Shown here one piece after another: positions 1-12,290 of a DNA stretch of 64,000 nucleotides. The stretch spans positions 480,001 to 544,000 of the forward strand of contig CAWBNQ010000001.1 in assembly GCA_963790205.1 (NCBI GenBank), given 5' to 3'. Every line of letters starts with the position of its first letter. Position 1 is the first letter of the stretch. Under the pieces are notes generated by a model. The model worked only from the letters and a program-made list of their open reading frames with translations. It searched no databases and was not told where the DNA came from. Origin of the DNA: Nitrospirota bacterium (GTDB taxonomy: Bacteria; Nitrospirota; UBA9217). The position numbers and the translations under genes are program-made.

Positions 1-95
1 AAGATGTACTTTTTCATTTTAGGGTTCCATCGTTTAGCCTGGTGACCGAAATGAACCCCTGCTTCCAACAACTCCTTCATCGTGATTGCGGACAT
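1..95 (-). CDS. rpsB: 30S ribosomal protein S2 (5' part only; runs off the window)
   Basis: Reverse complement reads [31 protein letters not shown], the S2 N-terminal signature, with a GGGAGG RBS upstream. Not in the ORF track. Confidence 0.97.
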   Translation of the reverse strand, partial: MSAITMKELLEAGVHFGHQAKRWNPKMKKYI

Positions 96-110
96 AGTGT
101 CCTCCCTTTA

Positions 111-190
111 GTTTTTACCTCCGCGCCGATCTTCCCCCGGCAGATCCCGCTGTTAAACGAGACACCCTGCCGTGAGTCCTGGCGCGTGTG
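111..190 (-). promoter_or_regulatory. rpsB 5' leader RNA (S2 autoregulatory / t44-like)
   Basis: Directly upstream of rpsB. Minus strand reads CACACGCGCC...GGGTGT...GGCGCGGAGGTAAAAAC with a CGCGCC/GGCGCG closing stem, the layout of known rpsB leaders. Confidence 0.7.
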
Positions 191-370
191 GAATATGCCT
201 TTTAAAAAGGCGACCCTTAAAATAACATATGTTTAGGTCTTTTTCAAGAAAAATTTCACAAATCATTATTTTAATGTACTGTGGATCCCCCAGCATATTC
301 TTTTGCATTCCTAAAAATTATTCCGTGTAATTCTCACCTATGCAAAAAAACCATCACATAATATTCATAA

Positions 371-404
371 AATCAACCATTTACGTTCTGGCATGCTTGA
401 TGCA
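371..404 (+). promoter_or_regulatory. Sigma54 -24/-12 promoter with adjacent IHF site
   Basis: CTGGCATGCTTGATGCA at 388-404 fits GG-N10-GC. AATCAACCATTTA at 371-383 fits the IHF consensus WATCAANNNNTTR. Confidence 0.7.
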
Positions 405-444
405 ATTTATCAGGTCAAAAGCAGGACAAAAGGAGGAAACGACC

Positions 445-762
445 ATGAAGACCACACTCTCAAGAAAGACAGCATACATAGGGGCTGGCGCAGGACTGGT
501 GCTTTTCGCTATTTTCGGTCTTTTACCGGGAAGTCTCCTGGGAGGCGCCGCGGGCATCAGTATCGCCGGCTGGCTTTTCGGCCTGCCGCTTGATCCGGGG
601 CTTCTCTCCCGGACCATCGTCCTGATATCCATGCTCATCGGCGTGCTCGTTGCGGGCATCGTGATCGTGACGGCATCGACCACCGTGGGCTGGCTCGCGG
701 GCAAGGTGCTGGAGCCGAGAGCGCATGCCGGGGAACGTGCGGAAGAGGCTGCACATCGGTAA
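445..762 (+). CDS. Small Gly-rich membrane protein (hypothetical)
   Basis: AGGAGG RBS then ATG at 445; several hydrophobic Gly-rich segments; similar to the downstream ORF. Confidence 0.8.
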   Translation: MKTTLSRKTAYIGAGAGLVLFAIFGLLPGSLLGGAAGISIAGWLFGLPLDPGLLSRTIVLISMLIGVLVAGIVIVTASTTVGWLAGKVLEPRAHAGERAEEAAHR

Positions 763-816
763 CAAGGGGATAAAATCGGGTCAAAAAATATAATCTAGTA
801 TTGAAAGGAGATTTAT

Positions 817-1134
817 ATGAAGAACGAGACGGTAAAAGCGGGAATGAAGATCGGGGCGAGCATCGGCGGGCTGGTGTTTCTGGCACTGGGGATCGTGCCG
901 GGGTTCTACTTCGGGAGCTACGGGACCTTGATCCTGCTCCAGAAGCTTTCGGGCGGCGCGGTTGAGCCGACGCTGTTTGTGCGGGCGGCGGTGGTGATGG
1001 GCATCGCGGTGGGGATCGCCTGCGCGGCCGCGGTGAGCATCGTGGTGGGCGGCCTTCTGGGCACGGTCATGGGTTTCGTGGTCTCAGCCCCGGCGGCGAT
1101 GCGCGAGAAGAAGGAAGCGGAAGTCAAGGCGTAA
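817..1134 (+). CDS. Small Gly-rich membrane protein (hypothetical), paralog-like to 445..762
   Basis: AAGGAG RBS; shares the IGA..GLV.F...G..PG...G motif with the upstream ORF. Confidence 0.8.
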   Translation: MKNETVKAGMKIGASIGGLVFLALGIVPGFYFGSYGTLILLQKLSGGAVEPTLFVRAAVVMGIAVGIACAAAVSIVVGGLLGTVMGFVVSAPAAMREKKEAEVKA

Positions 1135-1195
1135 GCCGAATGCGGATTGCGGGATTAAAACCTTATAGAAACTGCATGGGAATTCAGGGTTCCAC

Positions 1196-1229
1196 AAGCA
1201 AGGGCGGTGAGAAATCACCGCCCTTGCTT
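1196..1229. terminator. Terminator-like hairpin
   Basis: AAGCAAGGGCGGTGA-GAAA-TCACCGCCCTTGCTT, a perfect 15-bp stem after the gene pair. Confidence 0.75.
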
Positions 1230-1398
1230 ATTACAAAAAAATGCAATTACTTGTCCTTTATAAACTACATAAACTACACACCTCCTTTTATCATAATATA
1301 AACACGAATAACTAATTGATACTTAATACTTTTTTGTCACTTCTGCCCGTGGCTGGCCCCCAAACCTTTAATTTTAGTCGGAGTTTTTACAAAAACGC

Positions 1399-1427
1399 TT
1401 GACAAAAAAGATGAAATTGTTTATATT
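1399..1427 (+). promoter_or_regulatory. Sigma70 promoter of rplM-rpsI
   Basis: TTGACA-17 nt-TATATT, 44 nt before the rplM ATG. Confidence 0.65.
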
Positions 1428-1471
1428 CGCCTTTCTTGTAAAAAATTATTTAGAACAAGGCGGGCATTATT

Positions 1472-1904
1472 ATGGGAACCTATTCGGCAAAACAAGAGGA
1501 TATAAAAAGGAGCTGGCATATAGTCGACGCAAATGGCAAGACCCTCGGCAGGCTTGCTTCTGCTGTGGCGTCAGTGCTCAAAGGCAAGACCAAGCCTATC
1601 TATACCACCCATGTGGACACCGGCGATTTCGTTATTGTCGTGAACGCGGACAAGATCCACCTGACGGGTAAAAAGCTCGATCAACAAAATGTACTACAGT
1701 CATTCGGGATACCCCGGGGGGCTCAAAACCATCACTGCGGGCAAGCTGATGAAGACCAACCCCGAAGAGGTGATCAAGATGGCGGTTGAAGGCATGCTGC
1801 CGAAGACCAGGCTGGGCAAGCAGATGCTGAGCAAGCTCAAGGTGTACGCGGGAGATCAGCATCCGCACGCTGCGCAGCAGCCCGCAGAAATGAAAGTTAA
1901 ATAA
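1472..1904 (+). CDS. rplM: 50S ribosomal protein L13 (apparent +1 frameshift near 1682)
   Basis: [15 protein letters not shown]...[11 protein letters not shown] in one frame and [10 protein letters not shown]...GMLPK..LG...LKVYAG..HPH in the next. Confidence 0.95.
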
Positions 1905-1940
1905 CAAGGTGAGTGGTAAGGGATACCTGAGGAGGATTTG

Positions 1941-2342
1941 ATGGCAGCGGCGACAGTTTCCAGATATTACGCAACCGGAAAAAGAAAAAATTCCATTGCA
2001 AGGGTGTGGATGATGCCCGGCAGCGGCAAGGTCACCATTAACGACAAGCCCATGGAGCAGTATTTCGGCAGGGATGTTCTTAAGATGATCATTCGTCAGC
2101 CTTTCGAGGTCACGGGTACGCTGGACAAGTTCGACGTTCTCGTTAGCGTGCTCGGCGGCGGCAACTCGGGCCAGGCAGGGGCCATCAGGCACGGTATATC
2201 AAAGGCGCTCCTTGCCGTGGATGCCGAATCACGGGGCAAGCTGCGCAAGGAAGGACTCCTGACACGCGATCCCAGAGCCAAGGAGCGAAAAAAGTATGGG
2301 CAGAAGGGCGCGCGGGCACGGTTCCAGTTCTCGAAGAGATAA
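1941..2342 (+). CDS. rpsI: 30S ribosomal protein S9
   Basis: [15 protein letters not shown] and C-terminal [16 protein letters not shown]. Confidence 0.98.
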   Translation: MAAATVSRYYATGKRKNSIARVWMMPGSGKVTINDKPMEQYFGRDVLKMIIRQPFEVTGTLDKFDVLVSVLGGGNSGQAGAIRHGISKALLAVDAESRGKLRKEGLLTRDPRAKERKKYGQKGARARFQFSKR

Positions 2343-2465
2343 GGGATCATATACCTATTATTCTGTGTTCCACTTGTGTTGCAGATCCTGTTAATAAAAA
2401 GGGAAGGTAGAGATGCCTTCCCTTTTATTTTGCTCAATGCTCCCGAAGTTGAGAGGGAAGCGTGA

Positions 2466-3528
2466 ATGCCGGACATGAGTAATGTAAGACTGAAAATAGC
2501 GATTGTCGGTTCGAGCGGTTATGCCGGCGGCGAGCTGTTCAGAATATTGCTTCACCATCCGCAGGCGATGGTTACTGCCGTGACGTCTGAGAAGTCAGCG
2601 GGCAAGCCGATTACTGATATTTTCCCGCATCTGGCAGGGCTCACTGACCTTATCTGCGAGCCGCTTGATCCGGAGGCGATTGCAAAAAAGGCGGACTTCA
2701 TCTTTCTGGCGCTTCCCCATGTGACTGCGCAGGAGGCGGCCTTCCGGCTTCACACGCTTGGCAAAAAAGTGGTGGATCTTTCGGCCGACTACCGGCTTGC
2801 CGATGCGGCCTTGTACGAAACGTGGTACGAGCATTGTCACCAGTACCCTGATCTTCTCAGGACCGCTGTTTACGGCCTGCCCGAACTGCACCGGGAAAAG
2901 ATAAAACGGGCATCGCTCATCGCGAACCCCGGATGTTACCCCACGAGTGCGATCCTCGGACTTGCGCCGCTCCTGAAAAAAGGCATCGTCGACCTCCAGA
3001 GCATTATTATCGACTCCAAATCGGGAGTGTCAGGCGCAGGAAGAAGTCCCTCGCTTGCGCACCACTTTCCGGAAGTGAATGAAGGTTTGATGGCTTACAA
3101 GATCGGAAGCCATCGGCATACGCCCGAGATCGAGCAGGAGTTATCAATCTTGGCTGGCAGACAGGTCACTGTTTCGTTCACGCCGCATCTCATCCCGATG
3201 AATCGCGGCATTCTGACTACTCTATACGCCCGCTTTTCCCACGAAACGAACGCAATGCAGCTCCACGCGCTCTACGAGGAATTTTACAAGCAGGAGCCAT
3301 TCGTGCGGCTTCTTCCGCCCGGCCGGTTCCCGAATGTCCGGAACGTGCAGGGTTCGAATTTCTGCGATATCGGTGTTTATGCCGACCCGCGCACGGGGCG
3401 CGCTGTCGTGGTTACGGCCATCGACAATCTTGGTAAAAGGCGCCTCGGGCCAGGCGATCCAGAATATGAACCTGATGATGGGGTTTAATGAAACCGAGGG
3501 GCTGAAATTCGCGGGACTGTTCCCGTGA
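2466..3528 (+). CDS. argC: N-acetyl-gamma-glutamyl-phosphate reductase (apparent +1 frameshift near 3431)
   Basis: [19 protein letters not shown] and SGVSGAGR motifs. The [17 protein letters not shown] motif is split across two frames. Confidence 0.95.
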
Positions 3529-3562
3529 TGGTATCCAAATTACTACTGACAGGGGTAGAATA

Positions 3563-4768
3563 ATGAGGATTCTGGACACAAGAAATTTTTCCGTGACCGG
3601 GTTTAAGGTCTGGGGCATCCACTGCGGCATTAAGAAGACCGATAAGAAAGACCTTGCGATCATCTCATCCGACCGCGAGGCTGCGGTAGCAGGTGTGTTT
3701 ACGAAGAACAGGGTGAAGGCCGCCTGTGTGCTTCTTGACGCAACGCGGGCGAAATCAGGCAAAGGGCAGGTGATTGTTGCTAATAGCGGTTGTGCCAATG
3801 CCTGTACCGGGAAGCGCGGTATGGCCGATGCGCGTGCAACGGCCGAGATCGCGGCCCGGGAGTTCGGTGTCAAGCCTGATGCGGTGTACATGGCATCGAC
3901 GGGCGTGATCGGCGAGTTTTTGCCGATGTCGAAAGTTGAAACGGGCATCAAGACAGCCGCAGGGCTTTTGTCCTCCACCGGCTGGGAACAGGCGGCAGAG
4001 GCCATCATGACAACGGACATTTACCCTAAACTCTCCGTCGTGCAGGAGGAGATCGGCGGCAAGACTGTCACGATCGCCGGGATAGCCAAGGGATCGGGCA
4101 TGATACACCCGAATCTTGCGACCATGCTTTGCTTTATCGCGACCGATGCAAACATCTCGGCGCCCATGCTCAAGAACGCCCTGTTCACGTCAACGGATAG
4201 GTCTTTCAACAACATTACGGTGGACGGCGACACGAGCACGAACGATATGATTCTCTGTATGGCAAACGGCGCCGCGGGGAACAAAAGGCCCGCCGCCGGC
4301 GGCAAGGACCAAAAAAAGTTTCAGGCGTGCCTGGACGCAGTAGCGCGCTCCCTTGCCAAGCAGGTGGTTCGAGACGGCGAAGGTGCCACGAAATTCGTTG
4401 AGATAGAGGTGCGGAACGCAAAGAACCCTGTTGAGGCAAAACGCGCGGCCGTGACCGTGGCCAAATCCAGCCTCGTCAAAACCGCGCTCTTCGGCGAAGA
4501 TGCCAACTGGGGCAGGATCATGGCAACCCTCGGCTATGCCGGCGTAGAGATGGACGAGTCTAAGACCGATATTTACTTCGGCAAAGCCAAACTCGTTGAG
4601 AAGGGCCTTGGCCAGGGCAAGACCGCTGAGCGCGACGCCACGCTCGCTCTCAAACAGCGCGAAGTGCAGATCGCCATCGATCTCCATAAGGGCAAGGGCA
4701 ACGCCACGGTCTGGACCTGCGATATGTCTTGCGAATATATCAAGATCAACGCCGCCTACCGGAGCTGA
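3563..4768 (+). CDS. argJ: Bifunctional ornithine acetyltransferase / N-acetylglutamate synthase
   Basis: NSGCANACTG, KGSGMIHPNLATML, DGDTSTND and DGEGATK motifs. Confidence 0.97.
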   Translation: MRILDTRNFSVTGFKVWGIHCGIKKTDKKDLAIISSDREAAVAGVFTKNRVKAACVLLDATRAKSGKGQVIVANSGCANACTGKRGMADARATAEIAAREFGVKPDAVYMASTGVIGEFLPMSKVETGIKTAAGLLSSTGWEQAAEAIMTTDIYPKLSVVQEEIGGKTVTIAGIAKGSGMIHPNLATMLCFIATDANISAPMLKNALFTSTDRSFNNITVDGDTSTNDMILCMANGAAGNKRPAAGGKDQKKFQACLDAVARSLAKQVVRDGEGATKFVEIEVRNAKNPVEAKRAAVTVAKSSLVKTALFGEDANWGRIMATLGYAGVEMDESKTDIYFGKAKLVEKGLGQGKTAERDATLALKQREVQIAIDLHKGKGNATVWTCDMSCEYIKINAAYRS

Positions 4769-4998
4769 TGACTCCTATCCTCCGTACCTATACTTACCGG
4801 CTTCGGCAGCGAAAGGAATTGAAAGTTTAGCATAAATTTCACTTGACATTCATCGGTGGAGTCGTTAATTTAAATGATTATGCCGCTTTTGCCGCACAGA
4901 AGCGGTTTTACTGTTTTTTCTTAACGACCAGCCATTAGCTTCACGTGCTGTGCAATAATTAAAAAACATTAATTTACAATAATATACATGGGAGGGGG

Positions 4999-5208
4999 GT
5001 GTCGCGGTTGCCCAGCATCAGATTACGTGATAACGAGCCTTTTGAGGTCGCACTCCGGAGATTTAAAAAGAGCATAGAAAAAGAAGGCGTGCTTTCTGAG
5101 GTAAAAAAAAGAGAGCATTACGAAAAACCGAGCGTAAAGCGCAAGAAAAAAGCGCTGGCTGCAAGAAAAAAAGCCGCCAAAACAGCACGTATTTTCAGGC
5201 AGAACTAA
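4999..5208 (+). CDS. rpsU: 30S ribosomal protein S21
   Basis: [12 protein letters not shown]...[13 protein letters not shown]. Confidence 0.95.
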   Translation: MSRLPSIRLRDNEPFEVALRRFKKSIEKEGVLSEVKKREHYEKPSVKRKKKALAARKKAAKTARIFRQN

Positions 5209-5284
5209 GATAGAACCATGGATTTTGTTTGCAGCGGCATGAATGCGACAGAAGTCGCCAAGCTATCGCGAGGAGAGGAACGAA

Positions 5285-5728
5285 ATGGGATTGCGGGAGA
5301 AGATTGATGCTGATACGAAAGAGGCCCTCAAGTCCGGCGCAAAAGATAAGCTCTCTACCCTGCGGATGCTGAATGCCGCCTTGAAGAACAAACAGATCGA
5401 CAAGCGGAGTTCGCTCACTGAAGAAGAGGTATTCGAGACCGTACGCTCGCTCATCAAGCAGCGCAGGGACTCGATCGAGCAGTTCGGCAAAGGAGGCCGA
5501 CAGGATCTCGTGGACAAAGAGACCGCAGAAGTCGCGGTGCTCGAGGTCTATCTTCCTCAGCAGTTGTCCCGCGAAGAGCTCGAAGCCATGGTTCGGGACG
5601 CCGTTGCACAGACCGGTGCACAGGGCGCCAGGGATATGGGCAAGGTCATGAAGGCGCTCATTCCGATGGTGGGTGGACGGGCGGACGGCAAACTCGTAAG
5701 CGAACTGGTGAAAAATGCGTTGGGGTAA
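5285..5728 (+). CDS. GatB/YqeY domain protein
   Basis: KQRRDSIEQF..GGRQDL..KE.AE...L..YLP and DMGKVM...GRADG motifs; usual position after rpsU. Confidence 0.92.
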   Translation: MGLREKIDADTKEALKSGAKDKLSTLRMLNAALKNKQIDKRSSLTEEEVFETVRSLIKQRRDSIEQFGKGGRQDLVDKETAEVAVLEVYLPQQLSREELEAMVRDAVAQTGAQGARDMGKVMKALIPMVGGRADGKLVSELVKNALG

Positions 5729-5777
5729 CGACTTGTTTCAGGAGAGGGACGAGAGGTTACCTAACTAATAGGCTGAA

Positions 5778-5814
5778 CAGGGGGCCATGAAGACCAGGGC
5801 CCCCTGATTTTTTT
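5778..5814 (+). terminator. Rho-independent terminator
   Basis: CAGGGGGCC-loop-GGCCCCCTG followed by a T7 run. Confidence 0.7.
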
Positions 5815-5890
5815 GGGAGTTGCTTCTGTCATGCCACAAGTGCCGGAGAGCTCAGGATTTAAGCACAGCAGGCGGCAGGCCTGATGCCGT

Positions 5891-8278
5891 ATGAATGAAC
5901 ATACCCTGAGGGTCCTGGAATACGACAAGGTAAAGAGTATCATTGCCGCTTATGCCGCGTCGGAAGCAGGCAGGGCGACCGTGGCCATGCTTTATCCAGC
6001 AGAGGATGTACCGACGGTTGAAACACTTCTCAGGGAAACCAGAGAGTGTACCCTCATTCTCCAAAGCGGAGAGGGCCCGCCGCTCGACGGAATTCCGGAC
6101 ATCAGGCAGGCAGTCGAGAAACTCGGCGTCACCGGCGCCATCCTTTCCCCTGCCGATCTTCTGAACACGGCAACAACGCTCGGCGCCGGGAGGCGCGTTA
6201 AAAGTTTTTTTCGACGCTTCGAAGGCAAGGGAACGCCGATCATGCCGGCAGCCCCGCTCTTGTGCGCTTTGGCTGCAGGCATTGAGCCGCTTAAACATAT
6301 CGAAGAGGCGGTCTTGGCCGCAATCGATGACAGGGCCGAAGTGAAGGATTCGGCCAGTCCTGTGCTCCGAAAGATCAGGAAGCAGGTCGCCAGGATGCGG
6401 GAAGACATCCTGGATCGCATGTCCGGCATCCTTCAGGACAGCGGCTTTCAGAAGGTCATCCAGGAGCCGGTCGTTACGATCCGCGACGACCGGTACGTGC
6501 TGCCGCTCAAGCCCAACTTCCGGACGAGCATTAAAGGTGTAGTGCACGGGCACTCAGGCTCGCGTGCCACGCTCTTTGTCGAGCCCCTCGATGTGCTGGA
6601 GCAGAACAACCGCCTCGCGGAGCTCCGCATGGAGGAGCGGGCGGAAGTTGAGCGTATTCTGCGGGAGCTGACGTCTCTTCTGTCTCAGAAGTCCCGCGGG
6701 ATTGAAGAGACCGTTTTCGTGCTCGCCAGGATCGATGCAATTTATGCGCGGGCGCGGTTCTGCATCGAGTACGGCGCCACTGTCCCGGAGATCTCACAGG
6801 GCCGGAACATAGGGCTTCGGGCAGCACGGCATCCGCTGCTGGTCGGGAAGTCTAAAGCCGCGGCGGATCATGCCGGCATAACACCGAACGATATCGTCCT
6901 CGAAGGTGATCTTCGAGCTTTGATTTTAAGCGGGCCGAACGCAGGCGGCAAGACGGTGATCCTGAAGACCATCGGGATCCTTTGTCTCATGGCGCAATCA
7001 GGGATGCCGATCACTGCCGCCGAGGGGAGCGAGCTCCCCTGTTTCGGCTCAATATTCGCCGACATCGGCGACGAACAGAGTCTTGAGCAGGATTTGAGCA
7101 CCTTTTCGTCGCACGTGAGCCAGATCGCCGAGATCCTCCGGCAGGCGGACAGAAATTCTCTCGTTCTTCTCGATGAACTGGGCTCGGGGACGGACCCGGG
7201 AGAGGGAGCGGGTTTGGGCGCAGCGGTACTCGAGAGTTTGATCGAGCGCGGCTGTTTCAGCGTGGTCACGACACACCATAATGCGCTCAAGCTTTTCGGA
7301 TCTCAAACGAGCGGCGCGGTGAACGCGGCCATGGAGTTCGATCCGCAGACACTCAAGCCCACGTACCGGTTGATGCCGGGCAGGCCGGGCAGGAGCTACG
7401 GGCTGGACATGGCGGCACGGCTCGGCGTTCCGGATGAGGTGGTTCGCAAGGCGCGAGCACGGCTCGATGAAGATGACGCGAGGCTCGATCAATTGCTCAA
7501 ACAGGTGGAAGAGAACTCCCGCCTGCTTGCATCAGAGAGGCAGGCCCTTGACGGAGCGCTCGTCGCAGCCCGGACCGAGCGAGGTGAGGCGGATGAAGCG
7601 CTCCGGTCTGCCAGGGAAGAAGCGCGAGCTGTAAGATCGAAGGCCAAGGCGGATGCGAAAGAGGTTCTGGCAACACTCAAGCAGAAGCTTCGGGAAATTT
7701 CCCGCGCATCATCGCTGGAGCAGGCAGAAATAAAAAAGGTAAGCGCTGAAGTCGAGGCGCTTGCAAGGAAGCTGGAACCCGACGCTTCCGGTGAACAGCC
7801 GGCTGCCGCGGCGTTCGTCCCGGATGTTCACGCGGGAGATACCGTTCGGGTTGCAAGGCTGAATAAGACCGGCCTCGTGCTCGCTGCGCATCGGGGCATG
7901 CTTGAGCTTGAGGTCGGCGGCAAGAAGATCAAGCTTTCAGCTGCTGAAGTGATGCCGGCAGAATCCGTACCGCGCCCCCAGGCGGCGGCAACAACATCCG
8001 GATGGGGTACCGAGCTTCACGAAGAAGACGGCGCGTCGGACCGGCTGAACCTTATCGGTTTTCGCGTTGCCGAAGGCTTGGCCGAGGTCGACCGGTTTAT
8101 CGACCGGGCGGGGCTCAGCGGTCTTTCGGCCGTAACCGTCATTCATGGTCTGGGGACCGGGGCGCTCAAGACCGCTGTGACGGACTTTTTGAAAAACCAT
8201 CCGCTGATCGCGTCTATCCGGCCCGGTGAACCGGCCGAGGGCGGCGCGGGAGTAACCGTGGCGGAGCTGAAAAGATAA
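5891..8278 (+). CDS. mutS2: Endonuclease MutS2
   Basis: SGPNAGGKT Walker A, DIGDEQS...STFS, LLDELGSGTDP, and a C-terminal Smr domain (IHGLGTG, EGGAGVT). Confidence 0.96.
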   Translation: MNEHTLRVLEYDKVKSIIAAYAASEAGRATVAMLYPAEDVPTVETLLRETRECTLILQSGEGPPLDGIPDIRQAVEKLGVTGAILSPADLLNTATTLGAGRRVKSFFRRFEGKGTPIMPAAPLLCALAAGIEPLKHIEEAVLAAIDDRAEVKDSASPVLRKIRKQVARMREDILDRMSGILQDSGFQKVIQEPVVTIRDDRYVLPLKPNFRTSIKGVVHGHSGSRATLFVEPLDVLEQNNRLAELRMEERAEVERILRELTSLLSQKSRGIEETVFVLARIDAIYARARFCIEYGATVPEISQGRNIGLRAARHPLLVGKSKAAADHAGITPNDIVLEGDLRALILSGPNAGGKTVILKTIGILCLMAQSGMPITAAEGSELPCFGSIFADIGDEQSLEQDLSTFSSHVSQIAEILRQADRNSLVLLDELGSGTDPGEGAGLGAAVLESLIERGCFSVVTTHHNALKLFGSQTSGAVNAAMEFDPQTLKPTYRLMPGRPGRSYGLDMAARLGVPDEVVRKARARLDEDDARLDQLLKQVEENSRLLASERQALDGALVAARTERGEADEALRSAREEARAVRSKAKADAKEVLATLKQKLREISRASSLEQAEIKKVSAEVEALARKLEPDASGEQPAAAAFVPDVHAGDTVRVARLNKTGLVLAAHRGMLELEVGGKKIKLSAAEVMPAESVPRPQAAATTSGWGTELHEEDGASDRLNLIGFRVAEGLAEVDRFIDRAGLSGLSAVTVIHGLGTGALKTAVTDFLKNHPLIASIRPGEPAEGGAGVTVAELKR

Positions 8279-8279
8279 C

Positions 8280-10058
8280 GTGTTTTCCGAAGATATCATA
8301 AACCGGGTCAGAGACAGCGTAGATATTGTGAATCTTGTTTCCGGATATGTGTCCCTGAAGAAAACGGGCAAAAACCATACGGGACTCTGTCCCTTCCATG
8401 CCGAGAAGACCCCGTCGTTTTCGGTGAACCCGGATAAACAGATCTTTCACTGTTTCGGGTGCGGCGCCGGCGGCGACGTGTTCAAGTTTCTCGAGCTGCA
8501 GGAAGGGCTTAACTTTCCCGAGGCGGTGAGAAAGCTGGCGGGCAGCGCCGGAATCTCCTTGCCCACGGAAAGCAGGTCTCACGGACAGGATAAAAAAACT
8601 GAGGACGAGCGAAAGGTCCTTCTTAAAATCGTCGCTGATGCCGCGGAGTACTATCGGAAAGAGCTCGAAGGGGCAGCGGGCAGCCCGGCACGTGCCTACC
8701 TCAAGAAGCGGGGTGTGAACGACCAGGTTGTTCAGGACTTCGGCCTCGGCTTTTCCAGGCCCGAGTGGGACGGCCTGCTTCGCTCCCTAAGGCACAAGGG
8801 ATATACCCCCGGCCAGATGGAGCGCGCGGGGCTTATCGTCAAGCGAAGCGAAGGCGAGGGGCACTACGACCGTTTCAGGGGCAGACTTATGTTTCCCATC
8901 AGAGACATCTCGGGGAATGTGATCGCCTTTGGCGGCAGGGTGATGGACGACTCGCTGCCGAAGTACCTGAACTCTTCAGAAACGCCCCTCTACAGCAAGA
9001 GCAATACGCTCTATTGCCTGGATGCGGCCAAGGAACAAGGCCGCAGGCAGGGATACTTTATTATCGTTGAGGGATACCTCGATGCGATCGCCTGCCATCA
9101 GTACGGTGTCCGAAACGCGGTCGCAACCCTTGGCACGGCACTCACCGAAGGCCACCTCCGGCTGATGCGACGGTTTGTCGACAAGCTGGTGCTGATCTTC
9201 GACCCTGACCCGGCAGGCGTAAGGGCGTCGCTCCGGGGATTCGATCTTTTTGTAGCGAGCGGGATGAAGGTGAACGTAGTCTCGCTTCCGGACAACGATG
9301 ACCCCGATACGTTTCTGCAGAAGCACGGTCAGGATGCTTTTTCCGCGCGGCTGCGCCAGTCGGCCAAGTTCATGGATTTTGTGCTTGCCCAGGTGGTGAA
9401 GAGCGGACCCTCGGCATCGATTGATGACAAGGTCGAGAAAGCCGGGGAGATGCTTGGGTTCATTGCCAAGCTTCCAAGCGGTATCGAACGGAACTACTAC
9501 GTGAAAAAAACGGCAGAAGCCCTTGACCTCGACGAAGCCGTGCTCAGGCAGGAGATGCCTCAGCAGCTAAAAGGCCCGGCGCATCAACCGACAGGGGAAA
9601 AGGCGCCAATGGCGGGACGCGGGCACCGGCCCAGGGCGGAAGAGATACTGATCCATCTCATGCTGAAGGACGAGGGGCTTGCACAGGGCCTGCAGGGCCA
9701 GATCGAGCCTCAGGACTTTACCGATCCGCTGTTCCGGCGCATAGCAGAGCGGATATTCGAGGCCCTGGGGGCCGGCGGCAGCTTCGACTCGCGGATGCTG
9801 TTTCGCGACGGTGAGGAGGAGCTTAACAATCTCATCTCTCATTATTCCGTACTTGACGTGGAATATGAAGATCCGCAAAAGCATTGCCGCGACTGTGTGG
9901 ATCTTCTCAAACAGCAAGACCCGGAAAAGAAAATGAAGGCGCTCATTAAAACAATCCAGGAAGCAGAGGCGCGCGGCGACGCTGAAATGATCGTACGGCT
10001 CATCGGGGAGCAGAACGAACTTGGCAAGAGGCCGGGCAGGAAGATTCCCGGTAAGTAG
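8280..10058 (+). CDS. dnaG: DNA primase
   Basis: CPFH.EKTPSF zinc finger, YLNSSET, TOPRIM VEGYLD and FDPD.AG. Confidence 0.97.
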   Translation: MFSEDIINRVRDSVDIVNLVSGYVSLKKTGKNHTGLCPFHAEKTPSFSVNPDKQIFHCFGCGAGGDVFKFLELQEGLNFPEAVRKLAGSAGISLPTESRSHGQDKKTEDERKVLLKIVADAAEYYRKELEGAAGSPARAYLKKRGVNDQVVQDFGLGFSRPEWDGLLRSLRHKGYTPGQMERAGLIVKRSEGEGHYDRFRGRLMFPIRDISGNVIAFGGRVMDDSLPKYLNSSETPLYSKSNTLYCLDAAKEQGRRQGYFIIVEGYLDAIACHQYGVRNAVATLGTALTEGHLRLMRRFVDKLVLIFDPDPAGVRASLRGFDLFVASGMKVNVVSLPDNDDPDTFLQKHGQDAFSARLRQSAKFMDFVLAQVVKSGPSASIDDKVEKAGEMLGFIAKLPSGIERNYYVKKTAEALDLDEAVLRQEMPQQLKGPAHQPTGEKAPMAGRGHRPRAEEILIHLMLKDEGLAQGLQGQIEPQDFTDPLFRRIAERIFEALGAGGSFDSRMLFRDGEEELNNLISHYSVLDVEYEDPQKHCRDCVDLLKQQDPEKKMKALIKTIQEAEARGDAEMIVRLIGEQNELGKRPGRKIPGK

Positions 10059-10127
10059 AACCAGGTACCAGAAGAACAGTTCACGGCCTAAAGACACCAC
10101 CGTATCGCGTAAAGGAGCACCAAAAGT

Positions 10128-11931
<1,804 letters not shown>

Positions 11932-12083
11932 GGGACGCGCACTTGACATTTTCATCCGGTTCTGACAATATACGAACCAGTGCGCGGCAAATTCCAAGCG
12001 CCAAGTTCCAATAACCCAATTGGAATTCGATCATTCGATAGTGTTCGTGATTTGAAATTTGGAGTTTGATGTTTCCCCACAGG

Positions 12084-12159
12084 GGGCCCATAGCTCAGCT
12101 GGTAGAGCTACCGGCTCATAACCGGTTGGTCCCAGGTTCGAGCCCTGGTGGGCCCACCA
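12084..12159 (+). tRNA. tRNA with CAT anticodon, probably tRNA-Ile2 (lysidine)
   Basis: GGGCCCA...TGGGCCC-A-CCA cloverleaf; CCGG-CTCATAA-CCGG anticodon arm; GGTTCGAG T loop. The position after rpoD is typical for Ile2. Confidence 0.93.
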
Positions 12160-12290
12160 ACCATTTGATAGAGGAACTGCAGATGACGGGAACGCCGTAC
12201 AAGTTGAATCACCATGCTGACTGCAGATACACCACAGTACCGATTATATAAAAATGCGCCGCGAGGCGCATTTTTTATTTTGGAGGCGGG

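Noticed and set aside
1472..1904. Programmed frameshifting in rplM (and in argC, rpoD)
   Set aside because: No slippery heptamer or stimulator, and no precedent I know of in these genes; error is simpler.
5729..5890. Riboswitch or 6S RNA between yqeY and mutS2
   Set aside because: Only a terminator hairpin is supportable; I could not recognise an aptamer or 6S fold.
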